This document shows, one piece after another, positions 12,776 through 25,391 of a DNA stretch of 64,000 nucleotides. The translations under genes and the position numbers were made by a program. The notes under the pieces were generated by a model, which had not been told where the DNA came from, searched no databases, and saw only the letters and a program-made list of their open reading frames with translations. The DNA is from Yuukianura sp. NJ FZ-2021 (Eukaryota). The stretch is from NCBI GenBank assembly GCA_046563655.1, contig CM102284.1:7688001-7752000 (forward strand), read 5' to 3'. Position 1 is the first letter of the stretch; every line of letters begins with the position of its first letter.

Positions 12776-13487
12776 ATGGCCTCCTCCACAATTTGTCAAG
12801 GCGAGACACTTTCCAAAGTTTTCTTGAGCGTTATCGTGCTTGGCACGTTGACCACTTCATGGGGACTTCCAGCAACAGCTCCTGCGCAAGACAAAAACAA
12901 CAACGTCAGCATTGGTTAGTCTCAGACGAGACAATTCGAAACGTTGTAACATAAAAAGTGGCAATTCAATTCAATTATCACTTTTATGAAAAATTGTGTC
13001 AATGACTTACAATATTGATGAACTGCTGGTTGTTTATGCAGATACTTCGGAAGTATCGGTTCCAGTTCCAGTACCAAATCCGAAACCACTTGACGCAAGT
13101 TGTTACGACTCCTACGGAAATCCCTACGTAGATCTAATTCCGAATGACTTCGACTGCACCTACTTCTTCAAGTGCTGGATTGTGGCTCTGCCTGACATTC
13201 CTGCTCCCAGTCCAGAGTCTTGTTCTCCAGGCGGTGGTACTGGGACATGCTTTGACATGGTCACATGTGACTGTCAGTGGTGCACTGATGAAAACCTCGT
13301 TTGCTACAATTCCAGCATCCCGGAACACAACGAAGACTCATGTAAAGCCTATTTTAAAAACAAACGTATTTTACCACTCAAATTCGTTTCTAGAACGTTT
13401 TGACCTTGATCTAACCTTCGTTTATTTCCAGTTCGTTTGAAATGCGCGAATCGATATTATCCAGAACCTTCAGACATTGGACCTTGA
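12776..13487 (+). CDS. Secreted Cys-rich peritrophin-like protein, copy B (recent paralog of copy A)
   Basis: Same three-exon structure as 8726-9424 with near-identical exon 2/intron 2 DNA. Ends RLKCANRYYPEPSDIGP*. Confidence 0.78.
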
Positions 13488-14136
13488 CCATGCAGGGCAT
13501 TCGAACTTGCGTGGATGGAAAAAAACATATCTCCGTTGAAATCAAAATTCGGCACTTCTAAAAGATAAAAGAACGATTTGATTATCAAATTTTAATAAAC
13601 AAAACTGTGCAAATAAATTACTAAAAGTTTTCTATTTTTGTAAAACACTTCAGTCCATGTCGTTTGATTTGCAACTCATTTGCGCATCTTCATGCACCGG
13701 AAACATGAAAACCAATTGAAATTGCAATTAACAGCGTATGCACCAGCGTCAAATCGTTTTTTGACGGTTACTACGTCAGAAAATGTTGAGTAGGTTAACC
13801 TTTTAACCCACTTTGGCATGACCTCATCGATATTTCCAAAAACTACAAAAAAAAAGTTTATCTTTCCGTGTTTTAAAGCAATTAGCAAGCGACAAATGAC
13901 CACAAAATCAGCGAAATATAGTGCGATGGCGCTGATTAGACTAAAAATCAATTAGATTGAACAACTCTCTTGAAACAGTTAACATTTTCATGTAACATGA
14001 CTGATTGGAGTTTACCTAATAAATTGGCCATAAAACGAAGAGAGGTCATCAAATCAAATGTCACTTTGATTACATTTTGCAACACAAATTATAAAATACT
14101 GACATCAATTACCTGTTGCGCAAAAACTGTTGAAAA

Positions 14137-14735
14137 ATGGACATCCACATTCGAGCTATCGCTGTAGTTCTTGCAATTGCAGCCGTGTCGGTGTCATCTC
14201 TATCGATTCCTTCAGGTATAAACCTTCAAAAATCAAAATTAAAGCAGAATTAAACCAAACCTACTCAAAATAAGTTTGAAAACATTGCATTTTTTGATAA
14301 TGTTTGAAACTTACGAAATTTTAGAAAAGACAAACGCAATTCAATTGGACACCAGTTGCTTCGATGACCTCGGACGACCTTATATCAACAGCATTCCACA
14401 TCCGAGTAACTGCAGTCTGTACTACGATTGCATTCCTTTAGAGGGTACTTACGTTGCGCTGGAAAGGTTTTGCCCAGAAACTATCGAATTTAGTCTCAAG
14501 ACTTGTAATTGCGAATTTCCTGGATCTGAATTGGCCTTTTGCTTCGACGGTGACAATCCAGAACATCAAGAACGTAAGTAGTTGACGAAAAGTTCAAAGG
14601 GCAAGTTCAAAAACTTGGACCCTGAAAATTCAAAAACAAAAACAACTTTAAAAAATTATCTTAAAATTTTATGGTATCTCTTTACCCTCAGATCGATTGA
14701 ACTGTGCCACCCTGGTTGAAGAGCAAGAAAGTTGA
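14137..14735 (+). CDS. Secreted Cys-rich peritrophin-like protein, copy C
   Basis: Signal peptide MDIHIRAIAVVLAIAAVSVSS. Exon 2 LDTSCFDDLGRPY..IPHPSNCSLYYDC..PEHQE. Exon 3 HRLNCATLVEEQES*. Confidence 0.75.
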
Positions 14736-15538
14736 CCTTTGACCTAACAGGATTTTGGATTTTAACTTGAAATTAGAAACTAAAATATTCTAACTACACA
14801 AAATTTCAACTTTAACTTATAGTAATTCACCTGATTGTTTAACTTCACCTGTTAAATTAACTTAAAATCTAAGCTTTGCTGAGATTTAAGTAAACATTTT
14901 TTGACACATCGCATAAAAATTCTGCCAGCATCATAAACTTCATTCGTTTGAATCCGGAATGGCGTCAAACTGTTGTAAAAAGCGTCAAACTTATTGGAAA
15001 AAAGCGTCGAACTATTCTAAAAAGCGTTAATCTGTGCTAAAAAGTTCTTCGAAATCAGTCACAGCTTGGTTAAGTGAACACGAACACCTACGACCAATAT
15101 CTGTTCGTGATAAATCAATGATTCGGATTACGATAAAGTACTGTGAATATGGTAAATTCCGTGCAGCAAACAAATTACTGCGAAACTGGTACTGGTAATC
15201 CTGTTTTTCCAAATCTGTTTTTGTGCGAAGTTATTAAAGTGGATTAATTTCCAAAACTTAACAGCTCGTAAAGGGAATTTTTAAACTAAACAAATAAATT
15301 AGTCAGGATTACTTGAAGTAGAGCTTAAAATTATCACGAAAGAACCGAAGAAAGTCCACGGTAGGAAGGTCAGAGAGTGAGAGGTTACAGCGTGCAAAGA
15401 TTTTTCCTTTGATTTTTGATAGTTTAGTTTGATTGAGTTTGTAAAGTTATAAAAAGCACTGCAAAGTTTCAGCGAACTAAAACGTTCAAAAAATTAACAA
15501 GTGCATCGACTGTTAAAAGAAATTTAAGTTAATCAGTA

Positions 15539-16071
15539 ATGGAGAGAGTTACTATCTGTTTCCTGGTTGTGTTAATTGTTATTAAATTCGTAACGAGCGG
15601 TGTAGTTCCTTCATCGATTAACTCAAGTAAGCAAATTATTAGTTGCAATTTGGAAAAAAAGTTATAATTTTGTTTTTAAATGTTTAGAAACAAAAGACAA
15701 AGGAAATTATATACAACCGTTAGACAATTCGTGTTACGACAGTACTGGCGTACCGTATTTGGGAAAAATTCCGGACTCGGCAAACTGCTACCGTTTCCTA
15801 ACATGTACAGAAGTTGCAGATGGCATACCCGCTGCGGTACCGGATAATTGTCAAGATTCGTTGATATACGATATTAACTCTTGTACTTGCCACCAAGAAG
15901 GTCAAGCTGTATGCTTTGATCCTTATAATCCCGAGCATGAATCAAGTAAGCCAAAAAGAGTGAAAATAGTTTGAAGTTACGTTACGTACGAGAGACTTTA
16001 ATCTAAACGTTCTTTGAATTCTTTAAGTTCGACTCCAGTGCGCAGAACCAATGGAGCACGAGAAGGTCTGA
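15539..16071 (+). CDS. Secreted Cys-rich peritrophin-like protein, copy D
   Basis: Signal peptide MERVTICFLVVLIVIKFVTS. Exon 2 LDNSCYDSTGVPY..IPDSANCYRFLTC..PEHES. Exon 3 RLQCAEPMEHEKV*. Confidence 0.75.
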
Positions 16072-16200
16072 AGAAAACAAGAAGAGAGCGAACGTACCTG
16101 CACACAATAATCATAAATTATTACTAATTTATCTTACAGAAATACGTATTGTTAAAATAAACTTTGTACCTTCTACATGTCCACTTTACCTTCTTGTGAT

Positions 16201-17388
16201 CTATGATGTTTTGCGAAACCCGATTTTGATTTCATCTTTGTTGACTTTGACCGAGTAGACCTTTAACTTCAAGTCAGCACTTGGTCCAGGAGCGATACAA
16301 TCTCCAGTCGCAATGTTGAATTCATAAGCATGCCATGGGCACCGGATACACGTTGCTCTAGCTTTAGCCAAGTCCTCTATTTGACCTTGTTCCAGTGGAC
16401 CACCTTCAAAACAATTCAAAATACATGCACGATTTCAAAATAAGTTCAATAATATTAACTCCTATGGGGCCACTTTGACGATTTTACGTCAAATTTGACT
16501 TTTGCTCCATAAATTAATAGGTCACAATAAGGTCAAACATGCCTAATTTTAGGAGATCTTAATCGCAAGGGTTCAAAACGGGGGTAAAAAATTTAATTAA
16601 ATGTATTATTTTTAATTATTACGCCTATTGTTTTCAAAATTTAAAAACGCGTTTTGGCGCGCTTGAGACAAACATGTGTACCCACAGTCACGAACTCCCG
16701 TGACCCCTGAGGATAAGTAGGCCCCGCCCATTGAGTCTCCGACCGCCCCGTTTGCACAACACTTATCCTCAGTATCGCCACTGCTCCTGGGAGGGGAGTA
16801 TGTAAGGATCGACACAATGGCAATCGTGTGTTTGCACGTGTTTTCGTAAGGTGTTTGCACTGAGATATCTGCGATTCTGACGAAAAGGTGTCATGTGGGC
16901 ATTAAAATTTGTGGGTCAATGCGGCCACAGAGAGGTTAATCTACTAGGCTTATTGAATACCTTTGTGAGGACATTTGGCCTGGAAAGCATGTATTTGACC
17001 TTGATGTGACACCAATGCGATTTCCTGGTTGTTCAGAGTCACTTTTATCTTTCCCGATTTCCCGAGTGCTAAAATAAACAGGAAGTGAGTACGCAAAGCA
17101 TTGCCTAATTAGTAATCGACGTAATCCTACATTCCTAATGCTATTTCAAGCACCAACAACCAAGGGCACATCGCACCCGTGCCAAATACGTGTATCTTAC
17201 CGGATACAGTAACTCCTGGAACAGATACGAAATTCAATTGATCGCTGGTCGGTGAAGAGCTTGAGCCAGCCATTTTGAACACCAAAACGTTTTACGATAC
17301 CGCTGACCTTTGACCTCTGACGTCCAACGTTGAATTTCCAAACGAAACGAGACAAAGAAAACAGCACGAGACGACATTGACATGACAT
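16201..17388 (-). CDS. Rieske [2Fe-2S] domain-containing protein (RFESD-like)
   Basis: Exon ~17068-16961 encodes ..GQIHAFQAKCPHKG. It splices to ~16404-16201, GPLEQGQIED..CIRCPWHAYEFNIATGDC. These give the CxH and CxxH ligands. The 5' exon(s) and start are uncertain. Confidence 0.8.
16459..16935. mobile_element. piggyBac-like non-autonomous element in the Rieske-gene intron
   Basis: TTAA on both flanks (16455-58, 16936-39). Imperfect TIR CTCCTATGGGGCCACTTTGAC vs CCTCTCTGTGGCCGCATTGAC (15/21). It makes this intron ~10x longer than its neighbours. Confidence 0.55.
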
Positions 17389-18120
17389 GGATGGAATGGA
17401 AGAGGGAGGGAGATTTTCTTTGTTCTCAAATTTTCAAACTTTTTTGAATTTTCCGCTTTGCCACAAAAGTTGGGCGCGTTAATTTGAAATAGCATTTTTA
17501 TTTGCGTAGCCTCCTTATCGAGACGAAACTTTTTTTCCCCCTTTTTTGAAAATTTTAATTTATTTTTTACATTAACTTAAGATAATTACACCAAATTAAC
17601 ATTGATTCTCATTTCATTTACTACTGTCCAATCTACATCTACTACGCTCGATTCAACAAATTTTGAAATTATTTTTAAAATTTTATGGTCTATTATACTC
17701 ATAATTTATGAGATTCATAAATCATAAATATTCATCCAGAAAATCTTCACTTTCACACAACATGGTAAGTAGAGAGTCTATTGCCATCTCCTCTATACCC
17801 TCAAAACCAAAGTTATTTTTATATCTTACCAGAAACTCAACGGTATAAGTTCCTAAGTTCACAACAAATCTTATTAGCCCACAAATACTAAACAGAAGAG
17901 AACGAAGTCCACAAAATACGACACAGAAAGGACAAGTAAGGCTATTTTTCATAACTTACCCATGATTATAATTATACCCATGATTATAAATTTTGAAATC
18001 GTGACGATTTCAAAATTTTCAAGTTATTTCAAAATAACTTAGACACCGGAAATTTCTTTTCCTTCGCACTACTACGGGCAAATCAGATTACTGTGTTGGA
18101 CGGATTCTTACTTATACAAT

Positions 18121-18876
18121 ATGGGTGGACAACAATCGGCCTACAATGCTCCTCTGGTACCCCAAATCACACCGATCTGTGCACTGGATACCCGGTTCTG
18201 TCTCCCACGATCTCTCCAACTCCGAATTCGGGAGAAACTCTTCTCCCGATCCGGGGACGACTATAAAATCACCGATCCATCGGATGGAACTGTCTACTTC
18301 AAATGTGCTGGAAGGCTGTTTAGTCTCCGGGACAAGAAAACGCTGCTGGACAAAGATGGAGTTCCAGTGCTCAACATGAAGGAGGCAATCATCTCTAACA
18401 ATTTTACAATTTATGCTCAAGATTCATCAGACAAGGTCAGTAGCATGTCATAAGGGGTATAAATCGCTTTCTAAAAATTCGGATTTCGGAGTTTGATTAC
18501 GAAATCCGGATTTAAACCAGGATTTGCACTCCTAACTATGAATTATGTTAATCTTGATCAATGACTTTTATTATAGGTTCTGTGTAAAGTCAAAGCAGAG
18601 TTTACTTTTGTAAAGGCCAAACTGTTTGCTCATTTTACGGATGCTGTGACGAATGAATCTCGAGTACTTGTGCTGAAAGGCGACGGAACTTCGAAGACAG
18701 CAGTGATATACTTAGGAGAGCCCAAACAAGGCGGAATTCCAGTGGCAAGGATATTCCGACCTTTGACCGGAAGATCTTTCCTCGGAGCAGACGAATATCT
18801 GCTGGAAACTGCTCCAGGAGTGGACATCTCCCTGCTGGTCATGCTGTGCATTGCCCTCGATGAGTATGACACCTAA
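18121..18876 (+). CDS. LURP-one-related (LOR/Tubby C-like) protein
   Basis: Two exons (18121-18435, 18578-18876): RFC..LRIREKLFSRSGDDYKITD..YFKCAGRLFSLRDKKTLLDKDGVPVLNMKE..DEYLLETAPGVDISLLVMLCIALDE, matching the LOR family pattern. Confidence 0.85.
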
Positions 18877-19165
18877 ACATACCTCAACTTATACATTTTT
18901 TATACTAACACTAATTTATTTTTATATTTAGTTTAGATTTGTTAAATTTTAGTACATTTTTAATGCATTCGTAACTATAGTTATTTTTGGAATTTTGAAA
19001 CTCGCTCGATCGGAATATTGTTAAAATTGGAACAGCTCAAAACATAAGTTAATAAAATACTCTTTGAAATTAGTTGCTGAAATAAGTTGATTAGTTAGCA
19101 ATGTACTTTGCTAATTAATTAACTTACTTAGTTAATTGATTTAGTTAGTTAAATAATCTTGGTTT

Positions 19166-21400
19166 TTAGAGCGTATTAGACAGAATAGTTTTGCAGGAGG
19201 CGGAGCAGTAAGGAACCATGAAGTCGTCGTACTCGTCACAGAATCCATCTTGAGCCCAGTCTGAACATTTTTCGTTCAAGTCCTGACACGTATCCTCTGT
19301 ATTTCAAAAAAGTCAAAATTTGATTCACTTTTTCGAAATTTTTCAAAATTTTGAATTTTGATAATTCCTTACCGCATTTATTACAAGCCAGGCGACAATT
19401 GACTGTCATCCACTTTGAATTTTTGCCAGTACAGTGGTCCAGTTTGGCCCAATCGGAGCAACTGTTGTGCAGATTAGTGCATTTTGAATCTATATTTCCA
19501 ATAAAAGAATGTGTTAATTAATAAAAATTAATGAATTAATATAACTTATTTAATTAGTGTTTTTTTGTAAAAAGTACTTTCACTGCAACTGATTTTCCGC
19601 AATGACTTGACTTGCGGAGGACTTTGACTTTTGGGTTTGCACTTGTACCACTTGTTCACCTTCTCTACATCTTTCTGCAAGCGATGAAAGAATTACTATC
19701 ACAAATGCTTCAAAATTTCGAAAATTTTCAAATCTTCAAAAATTTCCTTTAAAATTTTTTCAAGATTTTGATTTTTCTTGCCTTTGAAAAACCATCCCGT
19801 TGTCCCAGATTCTCCGGTTCGTCAAAATACGGGAAAATTGTAATTTCGTGCTTGGGTTCAGCGAAGGCTTGAGCACTGTAGTGCAATACACTGTTCGTGT
19901 CATATGCTCCAGCGTAGTTCCCAGCAGGAGGATCCCGTTTTTCAAAATTGTGTTCATATTCTAAAAAAAAGATAAATCAAAATTTCAAAAAAAAAGTTTT
20001 TGAAAAATCTTGAACGATCTTATATGGGGTGAGATCGTCCGCAAAAACGTTCAACAAGCAACTCAATTTTATTTTCGTCGACTTTTTTTTTACGCCGACT
20101 TTTTTTTGGAACGACTTTTCAGCTACTGTAAAAAATTAAGCCGACATAGCAAATTTTTTTCGCTGCAGATTTTTCTGAAATGTTTTTTGCCAACGATCTC
20201 CCCCCATAGACTTACCCTCTTTGATGACATCGTAGTCCACTAAAACGTATTTGTCTCTATCGGACCTCGACTGTTCATGGACGAAGCCCACCGTGTGCAG
20301 TAGTTCATGCAGCAGTCGCCCGAACTGATCGAAGCACTGATTGGCCAATTTGATGCTCTGGCGACCACCCTTGTGCCCAATGGGGCTCTTGCATCCTTCG
20401 TCCGAGTTCTCTATGAAAACGTAGTCGTCGTCCTTCTCCAAATCCGCAGCCACAAACCGTATACACGTCTCATCCTCAAACTGTTGGATAGCCTTGGCCA
20501 AATCCAGCCGTTCATCCTCATCTAAAGTAATTGAATCACGATTAATCAAGAGTGACCTTGACCTTTGCCCTTGAATTTAAAGTGAAGAGACTTACCAAAA
20601 TCAGAATCAAGAACATAAGGAATCCTACCGCCATCCCATTGCTCCACGACGTCCTTCTGCCGACCCTCCTTATTAGATGTCTTGCTCTGCTCAATATCCT
20701 CATTCGTCGGGTCATTCGGGTCAATTGCACCTTTAGTTTCTAAATTTTGAAAAATATTTAAAAAATAAATGAAAATTTCAAAATTTTGAAACTCCAAATT
20801 TTTTGAATTCGTGTTTTACTGATTAGCTGGGCTCCCTTGATGAACTCGTCAGGGGTCAACGGTTCTCCAGGAATATTGGACTTTCCTTGAACTCCAGTGG
20901 CGACTCCACCATCAGCCAAAGTATTCTCTTCTGAAACTGAAATCTAAAAAAAATTGAAATGAAAATTTTAAAATTTCGAAATTTTGGACTCGAAAAGTGT
21001 GTGTCAAAGTCTTACCGACTTGGAAGCTGGATGTGTTTCCAGTAGTGGTACTGCCAGTATTGAAGAAAACAGTACAAAATTTAGTAAGTATTTGAGTCCT
21101 GAACGATGAGTTTTTGTGCTCCGCTGGAAATGCATCCTGGATTGGTTTTATTTCTGCTCTGGCTCCAGTCTTCCAGCGACAACGGTCCAAAATTCTGAAA
21201 GAAAAACCAAAAAAGTTGGAAAAATTTCTTGTCCAGGGTCACTGGCCTCCTGAAAGACTTTTTTCCAAATGCTCAGCTAAACTAACACCTTCGCTAATCA
21301 CGTTGATTAATTAACTAATTAATTATACAGTTCGCACTTGCGAGAAACCAATACTAGAAAAACAATAAGCAAAGTGATTTGCCAATTTTTGCAGAGCCAT
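19166..21400 (-). CDS. Astacin-family zinc metalloprotease with two C-terminal ShK domains
   Basis: WDGGRIPYV, TCIRFV, zinc motif HELLHTVGFVHEQSRSDRD, Met-turn region SVLHY, GQRDGFSK. ShK CTNLHNSCSDWAKLDHC..MTVNCRLACNKC and CQDLNEKCSDWAQDGFC... The start exon is uncertain. Confidence 0.85.
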
Positions 21401-21582
21401 GTTTTTTTTTCGAAGGATCTGTTTCAAAAAATCTCCATTTTCCGCAGATTTAGCTTTTTTGAACAAAACAGCAAAACGTTTTATTTACGTTTTTAGGACC
21501 TTTTAGACATGAATGACTAGGAAAGTAGAAAAACTGAAGTTAAGTGAGCAGGAAATGCTTGATGGTGGAGTTGGAATGCTTT

Positions 21583-22356
21583 TTACAGTGGTGGAAGGAT
21601 GAAATGAAGCGTGGGTACTGCCAAGTATCGTCGGTAGTATTTGGAACTCTGTTTAGGATTGTAGTACTGATGACCGAAGTTTGATGAAGGTCGAATTCGG
21701 AGTGGATGTCGACAGTATCCCCGGTACGGGTCACGTCGTTGTCCCGGTGGACAGCCTCTATCTGGAACAATTATCGTTGTCTTGTCTTTTAAAATTTTAG
21801 TTTCATCAAACTCGTGTTGACGGCGGTCGTGAAGGTAATCCTGTCTAGATGAAATGACTCCGCCCCTTTCTTCACTGTTTGAATTATGAAGCATATCGGT
21901 GTCCATTCGGCTCGATGACATCATTTGGTCACGATCAGAGGTCACAGTTTCTTTTAAAAGTTGTTCCTGTGTATCCCGATCAGTTCCATGATTGGACATT
22001 CCAGCATTTCTGTCTTCAGTGGAAGTATGGTCAAACCGGCGGGCGACGGAAGGGATGACACCGCTGCGACTGCTGCTTGCTTGACATTCTACTTTCATTG
22101 CTACCAAAAACGTTTGAAAGATTGAGCAGAGCGAACCGATTTCTGAGGGTTGAAGACTACGACGAACTGGATTTTCCTTCGGGTTGAAATCAGCATCTGC
22201 CAGTATTTGCTGTTGCTTGGGTGGTTGATGAAACTGGTTGCTGGAAATTGGAAAATTGAGATCCAGAGGAGGTTGACCTGAGGTCAACTGGGTTTCCAAA
22301 ATGCTGAAAATCAGGAATCCGAACAGGAAAACTTGAGTTCCGCGGAAACTAGTCAT
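21583..22356 (-). CDS. Secreted precursor with a secapin-like two-Cys C-terminal peptide
   Basis: ATG 22356, signal peptide MTSFRGTQVFLFGFLIFSILETQLTSG, several RR sites and the motif TIIVPDRGCPPGQRRDPYRGYCR. Single exon. Confidence 0.6.
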   Translation of the reverse strand: MTSFRGTQVFLFGFLIFSILETQLTSGQPPLDLNFPISSNQFHQPPKQQQILADADFNPKENPVRRSLQPSEIGSLCSIFQTFLVAMKVECQASSSRSGVIPSVARRFDHTSTEDRNAGMSNHGTDRDTQEQLLKETVTSDRDQMMSSSRMDTDMLHNSNSEERGGVISSRQDYLHDRRQHEFDETKILKDKTTIIVPDRGCPPGQRRDPYRGYCRHPLRIRPSSNFGHQYYNPKQSSKYYRRYLAVPTLHFILPPL

Positions 22357-22884
22357 GTCGGAAGGAGTGTGATTTTGATGTGCTGGTGATTCCTGTGAAG
22401 TGTAAACAAGAAACGAGTTACAAATCCTTTTTGTCTGAGTGAGTGAAGTACTTGAAATTGAAAGTACCTTGCCGGAGGGTGTGACAAGTCCACAATGGAC
22501 ATGTCGATTACCCAATGGGGTAGTTCATTGCCTCTTAAAATGCAAAGTCTATGACTTCGAGGGTGTTGATGATGGTGGTATTAATTGGAGTAAAAGTAAG
22601 ACAAGGCAAAGGAGGAACCAAATCTTAATGCACTTTTGATTCACTTGATGCTCATTCCAACTACTAAAGTTATTAATCGTAAACTCATACCTTCTCATTG
22701 GGTCAAGGGTCAAGTGACCGTCCTAATTTTCCGAATTTGTCCCCGTCCCAATTTGTGTCAAAGTAGTTGTACGTCATCTTTACATGAAGTTCAGTGGAGT
22801 CTTTATTGAAATGACGTGAATTCATTGAGAGTAAGGAAGATTTGTGTAAAAAACTGGTGATTCTTGGATACTTGTTGATCATCT

Positions 22885-23509
22885 TCATCTCTTCCCTTCA
22901 ACCATGACGATGTGATAGCCGAACTTCGTTTTGATTGGTGGATCAGTATAGACAGGATTGTCCATCGATGAATTCGGAAGGGCAAATGCAGCATCCTACA
23001 AAAACGGTTTTAGTTCAAGTACATTTCAAGGTCAAGTTTCAAACGCTTAGTGTACGAATACCTGGAATGGTCCCACCATCGCTCCCCGAATTTGCCAACC
23101 TAAGTCTCCCTGGACAAACAAATCATTAACGAGTATCGATACTACAAAAATCGGAACATGAGTTACTTTAATTTACCCCTTGACGTGCTTTATCCTCACT
23201 GTACTGAGCAGCTACTTCAGAAAATTTCATTCCAGACTTTAGTTTCTCCATGGCTTCCAGGATTTTAGACTGCTTTTCACACAGAATATGGCGGACCTAC
23301 AAAGATTAATATAGTATCAATCAATCTCTAATTAAATTAGTTTTAATCAGCACCTTCACCGCGTTTCCGCCCTTGGTAGCAGCGGCTGCCGGTTTTTCCT
23401 TTTCGTCTCCTTTGCCCTTTGACCCTCCAGCGGCAGCTTTCCCACCGCCTTTAGCTCCAGCACCACCAGATTTAGCTCCGCCAGCTTTTGCATCTTTCTT
23501 AGGAGCCAT
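22885..23509 (-). CDS. PIN4: Parvulin-type peptidyl-prolyl isomerase PIN4 (Par14)
   Basis: Four exons: MAPKK..KGGNAVK | [40 protein letters not shown] | GDLGW..MVGPFQ | [29 protein letters not shown]. Confidence 0.95.
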
Positions 23510-23832
23510 CGGTGACAATCAAATGCAAGTGAGGTTAATTAACTTAGACAAATTACTGATTATGAAATCAACAAGAAATTTTCAATGTTTACATTTTGTC
23601 TCAAATCAGCTGATGGACACATGTATTCTTCCTTAACTTTGCGCGTAGATTCAAGTTTTTTGGCGGGAATCTGCTTTGTCAATTTATCATCCACATGATT
23701 TTGAATTTGAATGAATGAATTCTTGTTACATGTTTATTTGGAAAAGTTAATCAATTAGTAGCAATTAGTTAATTACAAACGCAATTATAGGAGTTAATTC
23801 AAGTTATTCAAGTTGGTGAGCTCAGGTCAGCG

Positions 23833-25391
23833 ATGGACACGTTTTTGAAGACTGGTAAGTTGGGTAAATCGTCTTCTGCTCCATCCACTTCGAACAAAAA
23901 CGATGACGGCAAGCCTACAAAGAAGAAGTATCCAGTGCCTTGGGTTGAGAAATAGTAAGTTAATTAATCCTTACGTTTATATCATAATATTAACAAATAC
24001 TTCATTTGTAATTTCTAATTGCTAGTCGACCGAGGAACATAACGGATGTCGTCCAGCAAGAAGAAGTTGTGGCTGTTCTGCAGAAGACGTTGGAAGGAGC
24101 GGATTTACCGAATCTGCTATTCTATGGACCACCGGTAAGAAGGAACTATTGGAATATGTAACAATTTTGCATCGTTGAAATGTTTGTAGGGCACGGGAAA
24201 GACAAGTACAATCCTAGCTGCAGCTCGACAACTTTTTGGTGATAACTATAAGGATAGGTAGCTAAAAATTTGAATTAAGCATGAAAAGAGTAAACCCAGA
24301 TGATCATTTGAGACTGCTAATCATAGGATTCTCGAGCTGAACGCTTCTGATGAACGTGGAATTTCCGTTATCCGGGAGAAGGTCAAGAAATTCTCACAGT
24401 ATTCAGCATCTGCTCACTTACCCGAGTAAGTTCACTGGAATTTACTAAATTGTACTAAAAAAATTATGATTTGAATTTCTTTAAATTTCACAGTGGACGC
24501 CCCTGTCCTCCATTCAAGTTGATTATTCTGGACGAAGCAGATGCAATGACAAATGCTGCTCAGTCAGCCCTTCGTCGTACGATGGAAAAAGAAACCAAAT
24601 CAACTCGGTTCTGTCTGCTCTGCAACTATTTGTCCAGAATCATTCCACCGCTGACTTCGCGTTGCTCCAAATTCCGTTTTCAGCCTCTCAGTAATTGATC
24701 ATACCTCAATATAAACTACGAATTCAACTTACAGCTTACTACTTTTTTAAATTTTAGAGGATGACATGATACTTCAACGTCTAGAGTATATTTGTGGCGA
24801 GGAGAAAATTCAGTTTGAAGATGGCGTGTTGACTGAACTGATCAAAACGTCGGAAGGGGACCTGCGAAAAGCAATTACAACACTCCAGTCGTGCTATCGT
24901 CTCAAAGGGAAGCAACAGGTTCTTAAGGTCAAGGATATCCGAGACATTTCAGGGGTAAGGAAATCCCAAAGTTACTATTATTTTTAAAAAAATGGAATTC
25001 TGAAATTTTGGATTTTTCAGGTTCTCGATTCTGAAAAAGTTGAGAAACTTTTTGGCGCTTGTCAGAGTGGAAACTACGACAAAGTGGACGCATACATAGA
25101 AGATCTGATACGAAATGGGTATCCTGCTGCCAAAATCTTGGACCAGACTTTCACCTACACCCTGGAGAATACAGAATTGGCGGATCCCCACAAAGCAAGA
25201 ATTTTTGAAAAAATTTCCGTAAGTTTTAAAAAACAACTGTTTCTTTCTTAAAACTAAAATTCTGCCTTGTAGACAGCACAGCGTTATGCTTCGTATTTTT
25301 TTAGGAATGCAACTACCGACTTTACGACGGAGCCAGTGAATACCTCCAACTCATGGATCTCGCTACCACCATCATGCGCCTTGTTTCCTAA
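23833..25391 (+). CDS. RFC4: Replication factor C subunit 4
   Basis: [94 protein letters not shown], ..[11 protein letters not shown]. Multi-exon with GT-AG introns. Confidence 0.95.

Noticed and set aside
17722-17952. 76-aa minus-strand ORF with a protein-like acidic C-terminus
   Set aside because: No recognisable motif or supporting exon structure.
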